Assembly (NCBI RefSeq): GCF_963921235.1
Contig: NC_086116.1
Span: 51,336,001 to 51,400,000 of the forward strand
Length of the DNA stretch: 64,000 nt
Direction: 5' to 3'
Origin: Mobula hypostoma
Taxonomy: Eukaryota
Shown: piece after piece, positions 61,400 through 64,000 of the stretch
Layout of the letters: the number at the start of each line of letters is the position of its first letter
Numbering within the stretch: the first letter of the stretch is position 1
Notes under the pieces: model-generated
The model's database searches: none
Seen by the model: the letters and a program-made list of their open reading frames with translations, nothing else
What the model was told of the DNA's origin: nothing
Position numbers and translations under genes: made by a program

Positions 61400-61725
61400 T
61401 TGTTGTATGATGTGGATGATCCTGACCTTGATCATATTGTTCTAGGCAAATTTTTCTACAGAAGTGATATGGCATTGCCTTCTTCGGGGCAGTGTCTTTA
61501 CAAGATGGGCAACCCCAGTCATTATCAATGTTCTTCAGAGATTGTCTGGCTGGCGTCAGTGATCAGAATTTGTGATATGCACCACCTGCTCGCATGATTT
61601 CACGTGACCCTGATTGGGGAGGGGAGGGGTGCTAAGCAGGTGCTACACTTTGCCCAAGGGTGACCCGCAGGCTAGTGGAGGGAAGGAGCACCTTACACCT
61701 CCTTTGACAGAGACGTATCTCCATC
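61400..61725 (-). mobile_element. RTE-related non-autonomous element or SINE
   Basis: Minus strand GAAGAAGGCAATGCCATATCACTTCTGTAGAA resembles the RTE-derived GAAGGCAATGGCAAACCAC block of Bov-A and Sauria-type SINEs. Confidence 0.45.
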
Positions 61726-62214
61726 CTACTGCCCTTTAACTACTGAGAATGCATTTATTAATCCCATTTACCGGCACTTGTTCTGTAGCCATTAATGCAT
61801 TGGTGATTCAAGTGCTTCTTAAAAGGCTGCTCCCTCAGGTAATGCATTTCAGTATCCAACCACCCTCTGGGTGAAGAAAATTCTCAGCAAATTCCCTCTA
61901 AATCTCTTACCCCTGTACACTGCTATATGTATATCTTTTATACACTCCCACTACAATATATATCTTATCTTTGCTTCTCACGTTCTTTGTCAGTCCAAGA
62001 TGACCAATCTCACATTGACCTACATAGATATACATTTGCTAGTGTTTAACCTTATATTGATTAATATGTTCTTAAAATGTTCCTTTCTTTTAAACTTTCC
62101 TACAGTACCACCCACCCACCTTTCTAAGAGATTTTACCAAATGCCTTCTGAAAATCCACCTTGAAATTGCTTTCAATTTATAGAAATTCTTTGAAACATT
62201 GACATATCTCTCAC

Positions 62215-62330
62215 CAGGAGCCTGCGTAGACATGGAGAGGGATGGACATACTCTGAAAGCAGCAGGTGCTTTCGAAAAACTTTAAACACAAACTCGGAAG
62301 AGATGCAGCCGTGAAATGGCCAGATCTTCC
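62215..62330 (-). CDS. Unidentified gene, exon a (most 5' found)
   Basis: tcacag|GRSGHFTAASLPSLCLKFFESTCCFQSMSIPLHVYAGS(W)|gtgaga; phase 0/2. Confidence 0.6.
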
Positions 62331-64000
62331 CTGTGAGTCACTAATCTGTGCTCAAAGCAGAATATTATTGAAGTTATTACTTTAATTTCCTACCTTAGTG
62401 CGAGCTGCCTTTCATAGGATATTGGTGAATTATAAATGTTCTCTCCATTGCATCACTGTTACTGTGGTGACACAGTCAGATGGGAAACCCGAGCCAGCCT
62501 CTTGACATCTCTCTTTCTTTATCCTCAGGCCCCCATTTTATGTGCTTTCTTTTGGTTTTGTTGTTTACAATAACATTACTAAATATAATTCAAAATGTCG
62601 CCCTGACACTAGCAGCAAAATCTCCTGCTGCTCCCATTATTATCTGAAGGAGCCCAAAATCCAACAATGGTGAATGAAATTTAAACTGAAGCCCCCTAGA
62701 ATCACCTTCCACTGGTAGACCCTTTCATGAGAATCTTCCTCATAAGAAACCCTGCCCTCATCCGGACCAAGTTTTTCTGGAATCCCCGTTCTTCGGAATC
62801 AATTTCTCTGGAATTACTCACCACTGTCACGACCTTGGGGAGGCAGGAACTGACTCTGCAAAGACTCATTTATCCCTACTCCAAAGCCAGCTGGAATCAA
62901 TGCTCTCTCCAAACCTCAGGAAACCCCTTTCTCCCAGACTTGACTCCCCCAGGCTTACTCATACCTTGCAATTCCTACTTCTTGTAGACCAAACTCTCCA
63001 GATCATCCTTTCCTGTAGACCAGGTCCCTGCAAACATCATTCTTCCCCAGACTGACTCTCTGGGATCATCAGATCCTCCAGATTCACAGCCCTAAGCAGA
63101 ACAACTAGGAACATAGACAACATAACAAGGTAACTATTCAGTTGATTGCTCCGGTTCCCTGAATTATGAAGGCACAAAGCAATGCAAACAATGTCTGGCC
63201 ATTAGACATGAGATTCAGGATGTCTGGAGACCAAAAGCTAGACTAAGGATACCGATTCTATCAGCTATGGGATCAGCACAAAGTTCTTGCCATCTCTTGG
63301 ATGACAGAATAGGTTCCAGTTTAAGTTATTCTCAGGTTTGTCAACTGGGGTGGTTTAGGAACAGCTCTCCTCTTGGCTGGATGACTGGTTTTCTTCATTC
63401 TAAGCTGAGTGCGATTTTGTGATTTACTTAGGGAGTGATCAAAGGAGCTGGTTACTGGGCAGCGGGAGAATCAGAGGCAGCGGAGAACGAACATTGACAT
63501 GTTATCAATGGCGAGAAAAATTACGATTTCAATTGGAACAGCCATTAAACAGAAGAGAAGGTTTTATCAAAAAGAGGTTTACGCTCTTTAGACGATCAGC
63601 ATATTTAGATGATCAGTCGCTCCTGCAGAACTTGACCTTTAGCTCACTCTAGTTTATGCAATGTAGTTTTCAGTTTCAACGTTGGATAAAAACCAGGAGC
63701 AGGTTCTGCGCCTGATTTCTTATCTTTCTCTTAGGATTAGGAGCAGGAACCAATTAATTCCCATTAATTAAAGGGTGAGCGGACAGTTTAAGTTTAATTA
63801 TCATTCAACCATACATGAATATAGCTGAATGAAACAGAGTCCCTCTAGGGCTTAGGTGCAAAACGCGTTAGCAACAGCACACTGCACGTTGCTTACAGCA
63901 CAAATAGCACATATGGTTACGATTTGATGACTTAGCGCAAGTTACAACGCAGTGTAGCATAGAAATTGGATGTCAAATGGTATGCTGTCCTTTATTGAAA

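Larger units (their letters stand above)
25637..62330 (-). other. Span of an unidentified multi-exon protein-coding gene (at least 18 exons, at least 902 aa, 5' end not found)
   Basis: 18 exons, all with AG acceptors and all but the last with GT donors, join in phase into a stop-free 2709-nt frame ending in TGA at 25637. Confidence 0.88.

Noticed and set aside
61620-61725. HDV-like ribozyme at the head of the RTE-related element (also considered at 43805-43990)
   Set aside because: I could not fold a convincing nested double pseudoknot by eye. An RNAMotif search on family consensus sequences would be needed.
25637-62330. Calling the minus-strand gene KCP on synteny
   Set aside because: None of the exons found contains VWC-type cysteine repeats or a VWD domain.
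63419-63652. Candidate further upstream exon or first exon
   Set aside because: The minus-strand frames I checked contain stops. It could be UTR or promoter, but I cannot support that.

Overview
Vertebrate genomic DNA. The CR1, Rex1-like, V-SINE and Penelope-derived repeats suggest a cartilaginous fish, probably a ray (inference). Three protein-coding genes can be built by hand from GT-AG splice sites. (1) ATP6V1F: + strand, 2 exons, 119 aa. (2) Its neighbour ATP6V1FNB/SPMIP1: + strand, 2 coding exons, ~187 aa. (3) A large gene I cannot name: - strand, at least 18 phase-compatible exons (25637-62330), 902 aa, 5' end not found. It has a duplicated acidic exon and a charged helical C-terminus. 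The rest is a nested transposon landscape: a near-full-length CR1 and many CR1 fragments, Rex1/Babar-like LINE ends, solo LTRs, Tc1, hAT and Chapaev3-like DNA elements, tRNA-SINEs and minisatellites. The most striking non-coding signal is a family of short, often fold-back, Penelope-type inserts carrying minimal hammerhead ribozyme motifs (CUGACGA...GAAACGUC). Most ORFs in the supplied track are antisense or random frames over these repeats.
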